DNA of 32,682 nucleotides from Callorhinchus milii (lineage: Eukaryota), in assembly GCF_018977255.1 (NCBI RefSeq), contig NW_024705592.1, positions 1-32,682 on the forward strand. Direction: 5' to 3'. The notes under the pieces were generated by a model. The model was not told the origin of the DNA. It saw only the letters and a program-made list of their open reading frames with translations, and did not search any database. Below, in pieces: positions 1 to 9,024 of the stretch. Within the stretch, counting starts at the first letter, position 1. The number at the start of each line of letters is the position of its first letter. Position numbers and translations under genes: made by a program.

Positions 1-235
1 CAAGGTCTCTACTTAACCCCAAGGGGCAAGGAAAGGGGGCTGTAAATTGGGTGGTTGTATGAAAGGTTAGAGGGATTGCGGGTGGGTATTTGGAGGAGGG
101 GTTGGTAACAGCAAAGTGCTATATCAAGGTCAAGTTATGTGTTTTTAATAACCGCATGTTATCTGCATCACATTGAAAAGGTACAACAGAGAATAAGGCG
201 GTACTAGTTAATAGAGCAAAGTTTCCGCAAGTACC

Positions 236-475
236 CAGCGGTCGGACCTTCAGCCATTCTGCCCCACTCGCTGGTACTCCATCCCACAGTCCCTCTGCCT
301 CGCCCTCTCCATTGGCTTCTTGAAGACCCATCTCAAAACCCTCCACTTCGACCATGGTTTTGATCGGCTTCCCCCCTCCCCAATCCCAACCCACAGCTCA
401 GGTCTGACTGCCCAGTGCCTTGGGACATCCTCCCGATGTGAAAGCTGCTGTACAAATGTGATGTTATTCTTGTTC
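236..475 (+). mobile_element. L2-clade LINE 3' end fragment with shared L2/SINE tail
   Basis: Degenerate L2 ORF2 C-terminus (GRTFS..AP..W.S.P..L.LA.S...LK) followed by the tail CCAGTGCCTTGGGACATCCTCCCGATGTGAAAGCTGCTGTACAAATG, which matches the tail of the intact SINE at 23290-23340. Confidence 0.7.
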
Positions 476-686
476 TAACCTTGAGATGTTTAGGTTTTCA
501 CCGGTTGCCTTCTTCCTCAGAAGCTGACCAAACAAACGAGATTGTCATGAACTGTCTCCTCGAGGTATTTGTCCTTCATATTGACGTTGATGTGAAACCT
601 AAAAGCCACAGTAAACCCGCGATTCAATGCCATTCCAGCGCTTGGCTCTCAGTGTCAGAGAACACAGACAATTCATTGAAGGATAT

Positions 687-745
687 TCTGTGAAGACGCG
701 ATAAGGCGCTGTACCAAATGCAAGAATTATTATTATTATTGTATT
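687..745 (+). mobile_element. SINE/L2 3' tail remnant with (ATT)n end
   Basis: TCTGTGAAG...AAGGCGCTGTACCAAATGCAAGAATTATTATTATTATT matches the 3' end of the SINE at 23034-23360. Confidence 0.6.
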
Positions 746-759
746 AAATAAGTCATATA

Positions 760-1040
760 AAATGCTATGATCTGAACCGATACAACTTCTGTCATGTTTT
801 AACAGTATAATGTTGAGGTGTTGCTGGATGGCTATTTGATGTCTGTTGGATCAGAATGGAATCTTTTCTAATCCAAAGCGTCCACATCTATTCATTTATT
901 TCCAATGCTGAACATTAGTGCCCTTATGGTTTCCGGGAGTGTTATTTGTTGGCAGCGATATAATCGGTGGAGTCCTGTAGCGGAAGCAGTTAGTGCAAAC
1001 ACTAGTAATTTGAGAGATAACACTGATAATATTTGCATTT
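760..1040 (+). repeat. Diverged local duplicate, copy 1 (copy 2 at ~2110-2430)
   Basis: Collinear shared blocks: TATGATCTGAACCGATACAACTTCTGTCATG / TATGGTCCGAACTGATGTGACTTCTGTGATG; GGATCAGA; CCACATCTATTCATTTATTT / CCACATTTGTTCATTCATTT; TAATCGGTGGAGTCCTGTAG / TAATCTGTGGAGTCCTGTGG; ATTTGAGAGATAA / ATTTGAGTGATAG. Confidence 0.7.
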
Positions 1041-1229
1041 GTTGTGGCGCCTCATCACATCTTAAAGCGCAACACAGGATATAGTGTAAAGTGAACTCAC
1101 TGTGTGTATTGTGGGCAATATATTTGGGTGAGGCCCCAATGTCTGGGCTCTCTGTGGATCAAGTGCGTGGATGACTGTAGTGACGGGATCCGCCTTTGTC
1201 ATTTGGGTAAATTGTTTGTGTGGGTTATT

Positions 1230-1490
1230 CATTGGCGTCGGGAGGCCTCAGTGTGAGGTTTAAACGGTCGATGGGTTCAGTCGCCTCTGTCGGTCGGTTG
1301 TCTCTCTCTCTCTCTGTGTCTCTCGTCGCCTGACTTTGGCGCCTCTTTTTCCCTCTGACTCGGCGCCTGCGCAGTGCCGTCTCCGGGCGCGGGGCTGACG
1401 ATGTTTCGGGGCGCGGCGCCTGTCTGTCTGAGCGCGAGGCGGGACCGCGGGAGGTGGTGATGGCGGCGGAGACGACGGTCAGTGTCGGTG
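1230..1490 (+). promoter_or_regulatory. CpG-island promoter-like segment with a candidate first exon ending at 1477
   Basis: Sharp CpG enrichment in a CpG-poor window. NRF1-type GCGCCTGCGCA at 1363-1373, GC-rich boxes, reverse CCAAT (ATTGG 1231-1235), YY1-like ATGGCGGC at 1460, then ACG|GTCAGT donor-like site at 1478. Confidence 0.6.
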
Positions 1491-2090
1491 ACAGAGAGAG
1501 AGAGTGTGAGAGACAGTGAGAATGTAAGAGAGAGAGTGTGAGAGAGAGATTGTTAGAGTGTATGAGAGAGAGATTGTGAGAGAGTGAGAGAGAGACTGTG
1601 TGAGAGAGTGACAGAGAGACGGTGTGAGAGAGTGACAGAGAGACGGTGTGAGAGAGTGAGAGTGTTAGAGTGTGTGAGAGAGACACTGTGTGAGAGAGTG
1701 AGTGTGTGAGAGAGAGACTCTGTGAGAAAGAGAGAGACTCTGTGAGAGAGTGAGAGTGTGAGAGAGAGACTGAGAGAGTGAGAGTGTGAGAGAGAGAGAG
1801 TGAGAGACTGTGTGAGAGAGTGAGAGTGTGAGAGAGAGAGACTGTGTGAGAGAGTGAGAGTGTGAGAGAGACTGTGAGATAGTGAGAGACTGTGTGAGAG
1901 TGAGAGTGTGAGTGAGAGTGGAGAGTGGTGTGAGAGGAGTGTGAGAGAGAGATGTGTGAGAGAGAGATGTGAGAGAGAGTGTGAGAGAGGAGACTGTGAG
2001 AGAGTGAGGAGTGTGAGAGGAGAGAGGAGTGTGAGAGTGAGAGAGAGTGAGAGTGTGAGAGATAGAGAGAGAGAGTGGAAGTGTGTGTTT
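1490..2090 (+). repeat. Degenerate (GA)/(GTGAGA) microsatellite tract
   Basis: Continuous GAGAGTGTGAGAGAGAGACTGTGT-type repeats. Confidence 0.95.
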
Positions 2091-2109
2091 CTGTGAATAA
2101 TATTATTAA

Positions 2110-2430
2110 GTTTTATGGTCCGAACTGATGTGACTTCTGTGATGATGTATTGAGGAACATTGAGCGGTTTCGGGGCGGATGATATTCCCGTCTCATTTGC
2201 CTGTTGTACACTGTGGGATCAGACGGGACCTTCATTCCAGGCCGAGGGGAGAGAGGGACTGAAGCTCCAACAACATTCTTCCACATTTGTTCATTCATTT
2301 CTAATTCGGGGTATTATTTTTCTCGCGGTTTGCGGGGATGTGATCTGTGCGGAGCGGTTTAATCTGTGGAGTCCTGTGGTGTCAAAGTGAGTGCAGTCAC
2401 TCGTCATTTGAGTGATAGCAGTAAAAATCC
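2110..2430 (+). repeat. Diverged local duplicate, copy 2 (copy 1 at ~760-1040)
   Basis: See the shared blocks listed for 760-1040. Confidence 0.7.
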
Positions 2431-2447
2431 TTGTGTTTGGTACCGAG

Positions 2448-2990
2448 TACATACACACAAACACAGACACACACATACACAGACAGACACACACACACCG
2501 ACACACACACACAAACAAACACAAACACACGCTCTCACTCTCTGTCAGTCTCTGTCACTCTGTCTCTCACACTCTCCTCTCACACACACTGAACCAGGCT
2601 GATGCACAGACACACACATATATAGAGTCACACACACAGACACACACACAGAGTCACTCTCACTCTCTGTCACTCTCTCTCTCACACTCTCTCTCCTCTC
2701 ACACACACTGAACCAGGCTAATGCATAGACACATACACAGACACCGATCCAGGATAACACACAAACACACACACAGCCGCTCTCACACAGACACACACAC
2801 AAACAGACATACACATACACAGACATACAAACGCACACACCGAGTCAGGCTATCACACAAATTCACACACACAAATAGACACACACACAAATGCAGACAC
2901 ACACACAGACAGACACACACTCTCACTCTCTGTCAGTCTCTCTGACACTCGCTCTCACTCTCGCTCTCTCCTCTTTCACACACACATTGA
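2448..2990 (+). repeat. (CA)/(CT)-rich low-complexity tract
   Basis: ACACACAGAC and CTCACTCTCTGTCA repeats; internal duplication of CACACACTGAACCAGGCT at ~2583 and ~2702. Confidence 0.9.
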
Positions 2991-3004
2991 AGCAGCTTGT
3001 CACA

Positions 3005-4560
3005 CAGGAGGAGGGTGTAGGCTGGGGGGCAGGAGGAGGGAGTGTGCTGGGGCTGGGGGGCAGGAGGAGGGAGTTTGCTGGGGCTGGGGGGCAGGAGGAG
3101 GGATTGTGCTGGGAGGCAGGTGGAGGGGGTGTGCTGGGGAGCAGGTGCAGGGAGTGTGCTGGGGCTGGGGGGCAGGAGGAGGGAGTGTGCTGGGGCTGGG
3201 GGGCAGGAGGAGGGATTGTGCTGGGAGGCAGGTGGAGGGGGTGTGCTGGGGAGCAGGTGCAGGGAGTGTGCTGGGGCTGGGGGGCAGGAGGAGGGAGTGT
3301 GCTGGGGCTGGGGGGCAGGAGGAGGGATTGTGCTGGGAGGCAGGTGGAGGGGGTGTGCTGGGGAGCAGGTGCAGGGAGTGTGCTGGGCTGGGGGCAGGAG
3401 GAGGGAGTGTGCTGGGGCTGGGGGGCAGGTGCAGGGAGTGTGCTGTGGCTGTGGGACAGGAGGAGGGAGTGTGCTGTGGCTGTTGCAGGAGATGTAATGT
3501 GCCGGGGCTGGTCGGCTGGGGATAGGAGGAGGGAGTGGGCTGGGGGGCAGGTGGAGGGAATGTGCAAGGGATGGGCAGCTGGGGAATGAGGAGGGAGTGG
3601 GCTGGGGCTGGAGGAGGGAGAGTGCTCAGGGCTGGGGGGCAGGAGGAGGACGTGTGCTGGAGCTGAGGGACAGGAGGAAGGAGTGTATGTGCTGGGGCTG
3701 GGGAAGGTGGGGGACAGGAGGAAGGAGTGTATGTGCTGGGGCTGGGGAAGGTGGGGGAATGTGCTGGGGCTGGGGGACAGAAGGAGGGAATTTGCTGCGG
3801 CTTGGGGGAGGCGGAGGGAGTGGGCTTCGGGGGCAGGAGTGTGCTTCGGGGGCAGGAGTGTGCTGGGGGCAGGAGTGGGCTGGGGGGCAGGTGGAGGGAA
3901 TGTGCTGGGGCTGGGCGGCTGAGGCAGGAGGACGGAGTGGGCTGGGGGGCAGGAGGACGGAGTGGGCTGGGGGGCAGGAGGACGGAGAGGGCTGGGGGCA
4001 GGAGAAGGGAGTGGTCTGGGGGGCAGGAGGACGGAGAGGGCTGGGGGCAGGAGGAGGGAGTGGGCTGGGGGGCAGGAGGAAGGAGTGGGCTGGGGGGCAG
4101 GAGGAGGGAGTGGGCTGGGGGGCAGGAGGAGGGAGTGGGCTGGGGGGCAGGAGGAGGGAGTGGGCTGTGGCTGGGGGCAGTTGGAGTGAGTGTGCTGGGG
4201 GACAGGAGGAGGGAGTGTGTGCTGGGGCTGAGGGTCATGAGGAGGCAGTGTGCTTGGCCTGGGGTTTGAGGAGGGAATGTGCTGGGCCTGGGCGGCTGGG
4301 GCAGGTGGAGGGATTGGGCTGGGGGGCAGAAGGACGGAGTGTGCTGGTGCTTGGGGCAGGAGGAGGGAGTGGGATGGGGGCCAGGAGGAGGGAGTGAGCT
4401 GGGGGCCAGGAAGAGGTTGTGGGCTGGGGGAGCAGGAGGAGGGATTGGCCTGGGGCCAGAAGAAGTGTGTGGGCTGAGTGCAGGAGGAAGGAGGGTGCTG
4501 GGGCTGGGGGGCAAGAGGATGGAGTGTGTTAGGGTTGGGGGAAGCTGTTGGGGGGGTTTT
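3005..4560 (+). repeat. G-rich minisatellite (25-31 nt units, 112-bp higher-order repeat, G-quadruplex-forming potential)
   Basis: Units GGGGCAGGAGGAGGGAGTGTGCTGGGGCTGG and GGGGGGCAGGAGGAGGGAGTGGGCT. The marker GGATTGTGCT recurs at 3101, 3213 and 3325 (period 112). Confidence 0.95.
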
Positions 4561-4569
4561 GGAGAATGA

Positions 4570-4910
4570 GATAAATGGGCGGAAGGTTCTTCTTCATGCA
4601 AACCAGTCAGATGTTTCCAGCACATCGAGAGCAGCTGAGCCGAGCCAGGATTCCCATTGCTCAGCGAACTGCAGCTTCAGTTACTGCGTTTGAGGCAGAA
4701 CCAGGAAGTCAAACTTCCTTTTGTTCTGAACAGGAATCAGCAGCTCAGAGAGAGACAGGGCCAGGAGTTAGTGTGAGGCCAGACTCCAGCCCCATCATCA
4801 CCTGGACACAGATATCAGCCCCAAGGTAGGCTCAGGGTGTCGAGTAACTGGAAGATCATTGACATTAATGTTTAACCTCAGCACGAGTTCGATTTAGATC
4901 TGCAGATAAC
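4570..4910 (+). promoter_or_regulatory. Promoter/5'-exon cassette A (paralog of 6975-7375); candidate exon 4734-4825
   Basis: GGGCGGAAG, mutated CCAAT (AACCAGTCAG), inverted ETS pair AGGAAGTcaaACTTCCT at 4703-4719, acceptor-like TTTTGTTCTGAACAG|G at 4733, strong donor CAAG|GTAGGC at 4826. Collinear with cassette B. Confidence 0.5.
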
Positions 4911-5054
4911 AGGCCCCATAACAGGCCCAGATAACAGTGCTCTGATCTGCCGCACTCTGGAGCACTGTGTACAGCTCTGCTCCGAGGCTCTCCTGTTGGA
5001 TCCCGTCTTTGCCTCCATACCTTGGGCAGAGTCTCTGTCTGTGTGTATCTCGAT

Positions 5055-5108
5055 GGGCCTTGGGACGTCCTCCTGACATGAAAGGCGGCAATACAACTAT
5101 ATTTTTAT
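5055..5108 (+). mobile_element. SINE/L2 3' tail remnant
   Basis: GCCTTGGGACGTCCTCCTGACATGAAAGGCG matches the tail of the 23034 SINE. Confidence 0.65.
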
Positions 5109-5114
5109 ATCGTA

Positions 5115-5428
5115 TCGTTGTCTGTCGGTGTGTGTCTACCTGTCTCTTTCTCTCTCTGTATTTCCATGCGTCTGTGTGTGAGTGTATCTGTGAGTGTGTC
5201 TGTCTGTCTCAGTCTGTATGTGTCTGTATGCGTGAGTGTGTCTCTGAACCTCTCTCTGCCTGTGTGTGTGTGTGTGTGCAGATTCTGTGTATGTGTATAT
5301 GTATGTGTGTCTCTGTAAGTCTCTCTCTCTGCCTGTATTTGTGGGTGGGTGTGTTTGTGGGTATCTCCCTCTCTCTCTACGTGGGTGTCTCTGTCTGCTT
5401 GTTTGTATCTGTGTGTGTGTGTGTGTCT
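5115..5428 (+). repeat. Degenerate (TG)/(TC) low-complexity tract
   Basis: TGTGTGTCTCTGTATC-type repeats. Confidence 0.9.
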
Positions 5429-5895
5429 ATTCCAGTCAGTTACTGACTCTCACTGAGGCCCAGAGAGGAAATTGTGTGTTTATGGAATTTCTCTGTTAAC
5501 AAAGATATAAACTGCAGGTCTGGGCTGTGTGGGTAATGCCCTGAGAGTATTTACACAAGTCATTCACTACACATGGTTTTACAGTTGAAATAAGCCGTTT
5601 TACACAAAACCTACATTCTATAATTTCCGACTGTCAGTGAAACAAACAGTTTGAGCTGTCGCTGTGTGTTGATGGTATATTTGAGCTGTGTTTGATTCAC
5701 ATGTTGTTTTTGCCCTTTGCTCTCGTGCTGTGACTGTCAGCAGTAGAGAGGGACAGAGGCTGTGAGTTCAGCTCTGCACATCCCCAGCGCCTGGTTTCCT
5801 GTCTTTCTGTACAAACAATGGGACAAATGCAGAACAAGAAGCCGCGGCTTTAGCTGTTTAGACTGAAAACACTGACTTCTCACTGTGGCCAACTA
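5428..5895 (+). repeat. ~400-bp non-coding element, copy 1 of 3
   Basis: Shares TTGATGGTATATTTGAG, TTTTTGCCCTTTGCTCTCGTGCT, GAGGCTGTGAGTTCA, TGGTTTCCTGT and ATGCAGAACAAGAA with 8458-8960 and 11388-11790. Confidence 0.9.
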
Positions 5896-5899
5896 TGCA

Positions 5900-6262
5900 G
5901 CAGTGCCCATACCGTGTGCTCTGCCTGTCCCGGGCTGTGTGTCTGTGTGTGTAGGGAGGGCAGTGCCCACACCGTGTGCTCTGCCTGTCCCGGGCTGTGT
6001 CTCTCTCTGTGTGTGTAGGGAGGGCAGTGGTCACACTATGTGCTCTGCCTGTCCCGGGCTGTGTGTCTGTGTGTGTGTAGGGAGGGCAGTGGTCACACTA
6101 TGTGCTCTGCCTGTCCCGGGCTGTGTGTCTGTGTGTGTGTGTGTAGGGAGGGCAGTGGTCACACTGTGTGCTCTGCCTGTCCTGGACTGTGTGTCTCTGT
6201 GTGTGTGTGTGTAGGGAGGGCAGTGGTCACACTATGTGCTCTTCCTGTCCCGGACTGTGTGT
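5900..6262 (+). repeat. Minisatellite, ~50-68 nt unit, about 6 copies, plus a degenerate copy at ~6385-6440
   Basis: Unit GTAGGGAGGGCAGTGGTCACACTATGTGCTCTGCCTGTCCCGGGCTGTGT(GT)n. Confidence 0.95.
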
Positions 6263-6974
6263 GACACCAGCAGAATTAAAGTGTATCTCTGTGCATCTTT
6301 CTCGGCATCTGTGTGTGTTTCTCTGCGTATGTATATGTCTCTGTGTAAGTATCTTTGTGTGTGTGTTTGAATGCATCTGTGTGTGGGTAGGAAGGACAGT
6401 GACACTGTATGCTCTGCCTGTCCTGTACTGTGTATGACACCAGCAGCACAAACCAGCCGATCCTGATTGTTTACATCAGGGGTTGCACTGGTGGCCAATC
6501 CAACCCGAGAACCATTTCCAACTTTGGGTCACCCACTCCCCCTGCCAACACCACCACCACGAACCCACTCCCCCCACCCCCGATTACCCCTCCACCTCCT
6601 CATGCACACCGACCCCTTCCCACCCCTACACAACTGCTCCCTCACCCACTCCTCCCTGTCGAATCCAGGATTCCCTGCCCCCCTGTGACTGATCTGCCCT
6701 TCCAGGTCCTGACGATGGGCTGTGCTGTCATCAGCAGAGAGTGCCCTGGAATACTGCCGCCCTCCTGCTCAGGAACAGGACTGGAGACCCTCACAGAGGG
6801 CTGACTTGATGCCCACATTCCATTGGACCCAGTGCAGCTCCAAGGAGACACTTCTCACACAGACACAGGACAGGATCCTTTACTGAGAGGCTCAGCAACA
6901 TCAAGAATAGTGTGTGGAGGAGCTGTGGGGGTCAGGAGTCTGAGACACAGACAGCTCTGTGCTGTGATGCCATG

Positions 6975-7375
6975 AGGGGAAGTGCGGTTTCTGTAAAGAT
7001 GATAATTGGGCCGAAGGGGCTTCTTTAACCAAACCAATCAGATGTTTACAGCACATTGTGAGGAACTGGAGCCAACCAGGGTTCAGAGAGGAGATTGTGA
7101 CACCAGAAGCCGGGCAGACAGACAGACAGACAGCAGCAGCTTCGTAAGTTACTGTGTCTGAGGCAGCACCAGCAAGTGAATATTTCCTTTGCTCTGAACA
7201 GGAGATCAGCAGCTCAGAGAGAGAGGGAGAGAGAGAGAGGCACGAGGAGGGAATTCACCCCCGTCAGCATCTGGCCACAGACAGCACCAAGGTAGGCTCA
7301 GGGCATCAATTCCCTCAACATCATTTACATTAATGTTTGACCTCAGCACCAGGTCACTTTAGATTTGCAGATTTG
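6975..7375 (+). promoter_or_regulatory. Promoter/5'-exon cassette B (paralog of 4570-4910); candidate 5' UTR exon ending at 7291
   Basis: GGGGAAGTGCGGTTT at 6976-6990 (PU.1/ETS site overlapping a RUNX TGYGGT site), intact NF-Y box AACCAATCAG (CCAAT 7034-7038), strong donor CAAG|GTAGGC at 7292, shared downstream CATTAATGTTTRACCTCAGCAC. Confidence 0.55.
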
Positions 7376-7394
7376 TGGAGTCCTGTAGCTTCCA

Positions 7395-7790
7395 ACAACG
7401 CATATTGCAAAGTCCCTTCATGCGTGGGAGCTTCCTGGAGCACTTGACAGTGGCAGAGTCTGACCCCAAGCTATGGGGAGAGGGAGGAGGGAGGTGACCA
7501 TTAGCACGATCAAACAGGAATGTTTTTGGCAGGATATGAAGGTGTGGAGGGAGGGGCGAGGCGGAGGAATTGAGGGAAAGATTTCCAGAATTTCGGGGCA
7601 TATTGACTGAAGGTGGAACACTTGACACGAGGGGACACTCGGAGGCCGGAGGCAGCCACGTGGAGCAGTGTGTGGTGGAGTGGGTGGGATGGGGGGGTAT
7701 GGGGGTGTGGTGGGTCAGCGATCGGCTGTGTAGGGAGGTGTGAGGGGACTATATAACTTCAAAACGAATGAGAGTGTCTTGGAATCGAAG
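7395..7790 (-). mobile_element. L2-clade LINE 3' fragment (antisense)
   Basis: Reverse strand reads a degenerate L2 ORF2 end (FSQYAPKFWKSFPQFLRLAP...KTFLFDRA) followed by a decayed tail. Confidence 0.65.
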
Positions 7791-7795
7791 TTGAA

Positions 7796-7978
7796 AGCTT
7801 AATGGTTAGAGCGCCGTCAAAATAGCACTCGCCTCGCAAACGAGAGGAAATGGGATCGATCCCGGGCAGAGCAAAACCATAGGCAAGTTTCCCTACTCCA
7901 CACACACACACCTCTGTTTATGCAGCTGTAAGTGGGAACTCGCTTGTTAGTCAATTGGTGGATTGCTTTTTGTGGGTA
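7796..7978 (+). mobile_element. tRNA-derived SINE, 5' part
   Basis: A-box-like AGCTTAATGGTTAGAGC, B-box-like GGGATCGATCCC, and GGCAGAGCAAAACCATAGGCAAGTTTCC, similar to the head of the 23034 SINE. Confidence 0.7.
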
Positions 7979-7984
7979 ATAATA

Positions 7985-8458
7985 CATTCTGTCTCTCTTT
8001 ATCTGCCTGTATCTCCCGCTGTCTGTGTGTGTGTGTATCTGTATCTCTCTCCCTCTCTCTCTCTATGTATGTCTCAGTGTATCTATCTGTGCGCGTGTGT
8101 GTCTGTACATTTCATTCTGTGTGTGTGATTCTAACTCTCTCTGCTTATCACTGTGTGTTTGTTTGTATCTCTTTATCTCTCTCTTTGTCTGTGTGTGTCT
8201 CTGTATCTTTCTGTGTGCGTCTCTCTGTGTCTGTCTGTGTGTGTGTCTATATTTCTCTCTGTGTCTTTGTGCGGGTGTATGTCTGTGCATCTCAGTCTGT
8301 GTGAGTCTTTGTATTCCTCTCTGTGTCTGTGTGTGTCTGAATTTGTATCGCTGTCTGTGCGTTTGTATATCCCCATCTGTCTCTTTGTGTGCTAAAGTAT
8401 ATTTATTTCGATGGCTTTGTCTGTACCGAGCTTTGTCTCTCTATACCTGTGTGTCTCT
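7985..8458 (+). repeat. Degenerate (TG)/(TC) low-complexity tract
   Basis: TGTGTGTATCTGTATCTCTC-type repeats. Confidence 0.9.
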
Positions 8459-8960
8459 ATATTCCTGTCAGTTACTGGTTACTGGAAACTATGTGCTTTT
8501 GGAAACTCAGCTGCTTCTGAGTTCATTTAGAAAAAAATCTGCAGGTCTGGGGTTTGTAAGTAACGCCCTGACTCTGGTGACACAAGTGGATTCAACACAA
8601 CATGGTTTTACAACTCAAATTAACATGAGTTCACCCAAATCTACATTCTCAATCGTCTGATTATCAGTTAAGCAAACGGCCCCAATTTGAGCTGTTGCTA
8701 TGTGTTGATGGTATATTTGAGCTGTGTTTGGTTTACATGTAATTTTTGCCCTTTGCTCTCGTGCTATGATCGTCACCAACAGAAAGGAACAGGAGGCTGT
8801 GAGTTCAATTCTGCACATCCCCTGTGGTTAGTCACCCCAGCGCCTGGTTTCCTGTTTTTCTGTACGAGTAATGAGACGGATGCAGAACAAGAAACCGGGG
8901 CTTTAGCTGTTGACTGAAAACCCTCTAACTTCTCACTTTGGCCAAATATGGCGCAGGGAG
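8458..8960 (+). repeat. ~400-bp non-coding element, copy 2 of 3
   Basis: Collinear with 5428-5895 and 11388-11790. Contains TGTGGTT (8823-8829) and TTTCCTG (8848-8854). Confidence 0.9.
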
Positions 8961-9024
8961 TGCGGTGCCCACACTTTGTGTTCCTCCTATCCAGGGATAT
9001 GTGTGACATCAACAGCATTAAAAT

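Noticed and set aside
1460..1477. Assignment of MAAETT to a specific known gene (e.g. a GIGYF-like start)
   Set aside because: Six residues are not diagnostic and no matching downstream exons are visible in the window.
2891..4625. Long ORFs on both strands (541 aa Pro/Ser-rich, 232-266 aa Gly-rich)
   Set aside because: Translations of the G-rich minisatellite. They are open in several frames at once because the repeat lacks stop codons, and have no splice or domain support.
5900..6262. CRISPR-like repeat-spacer array
   Set aside because: The 'spacers' are only variable (TG)n, the context is vertebrate and there are no cas genes. It is a minisatellite.
7144..7201. Micro-intron GTAAGT...AACAG in cassette B
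   Set aside because: 58 nt is below the usual vertebrate minimum and the donor is absent from cassette A. It could still be an alternative donor, but that is not supportable here.
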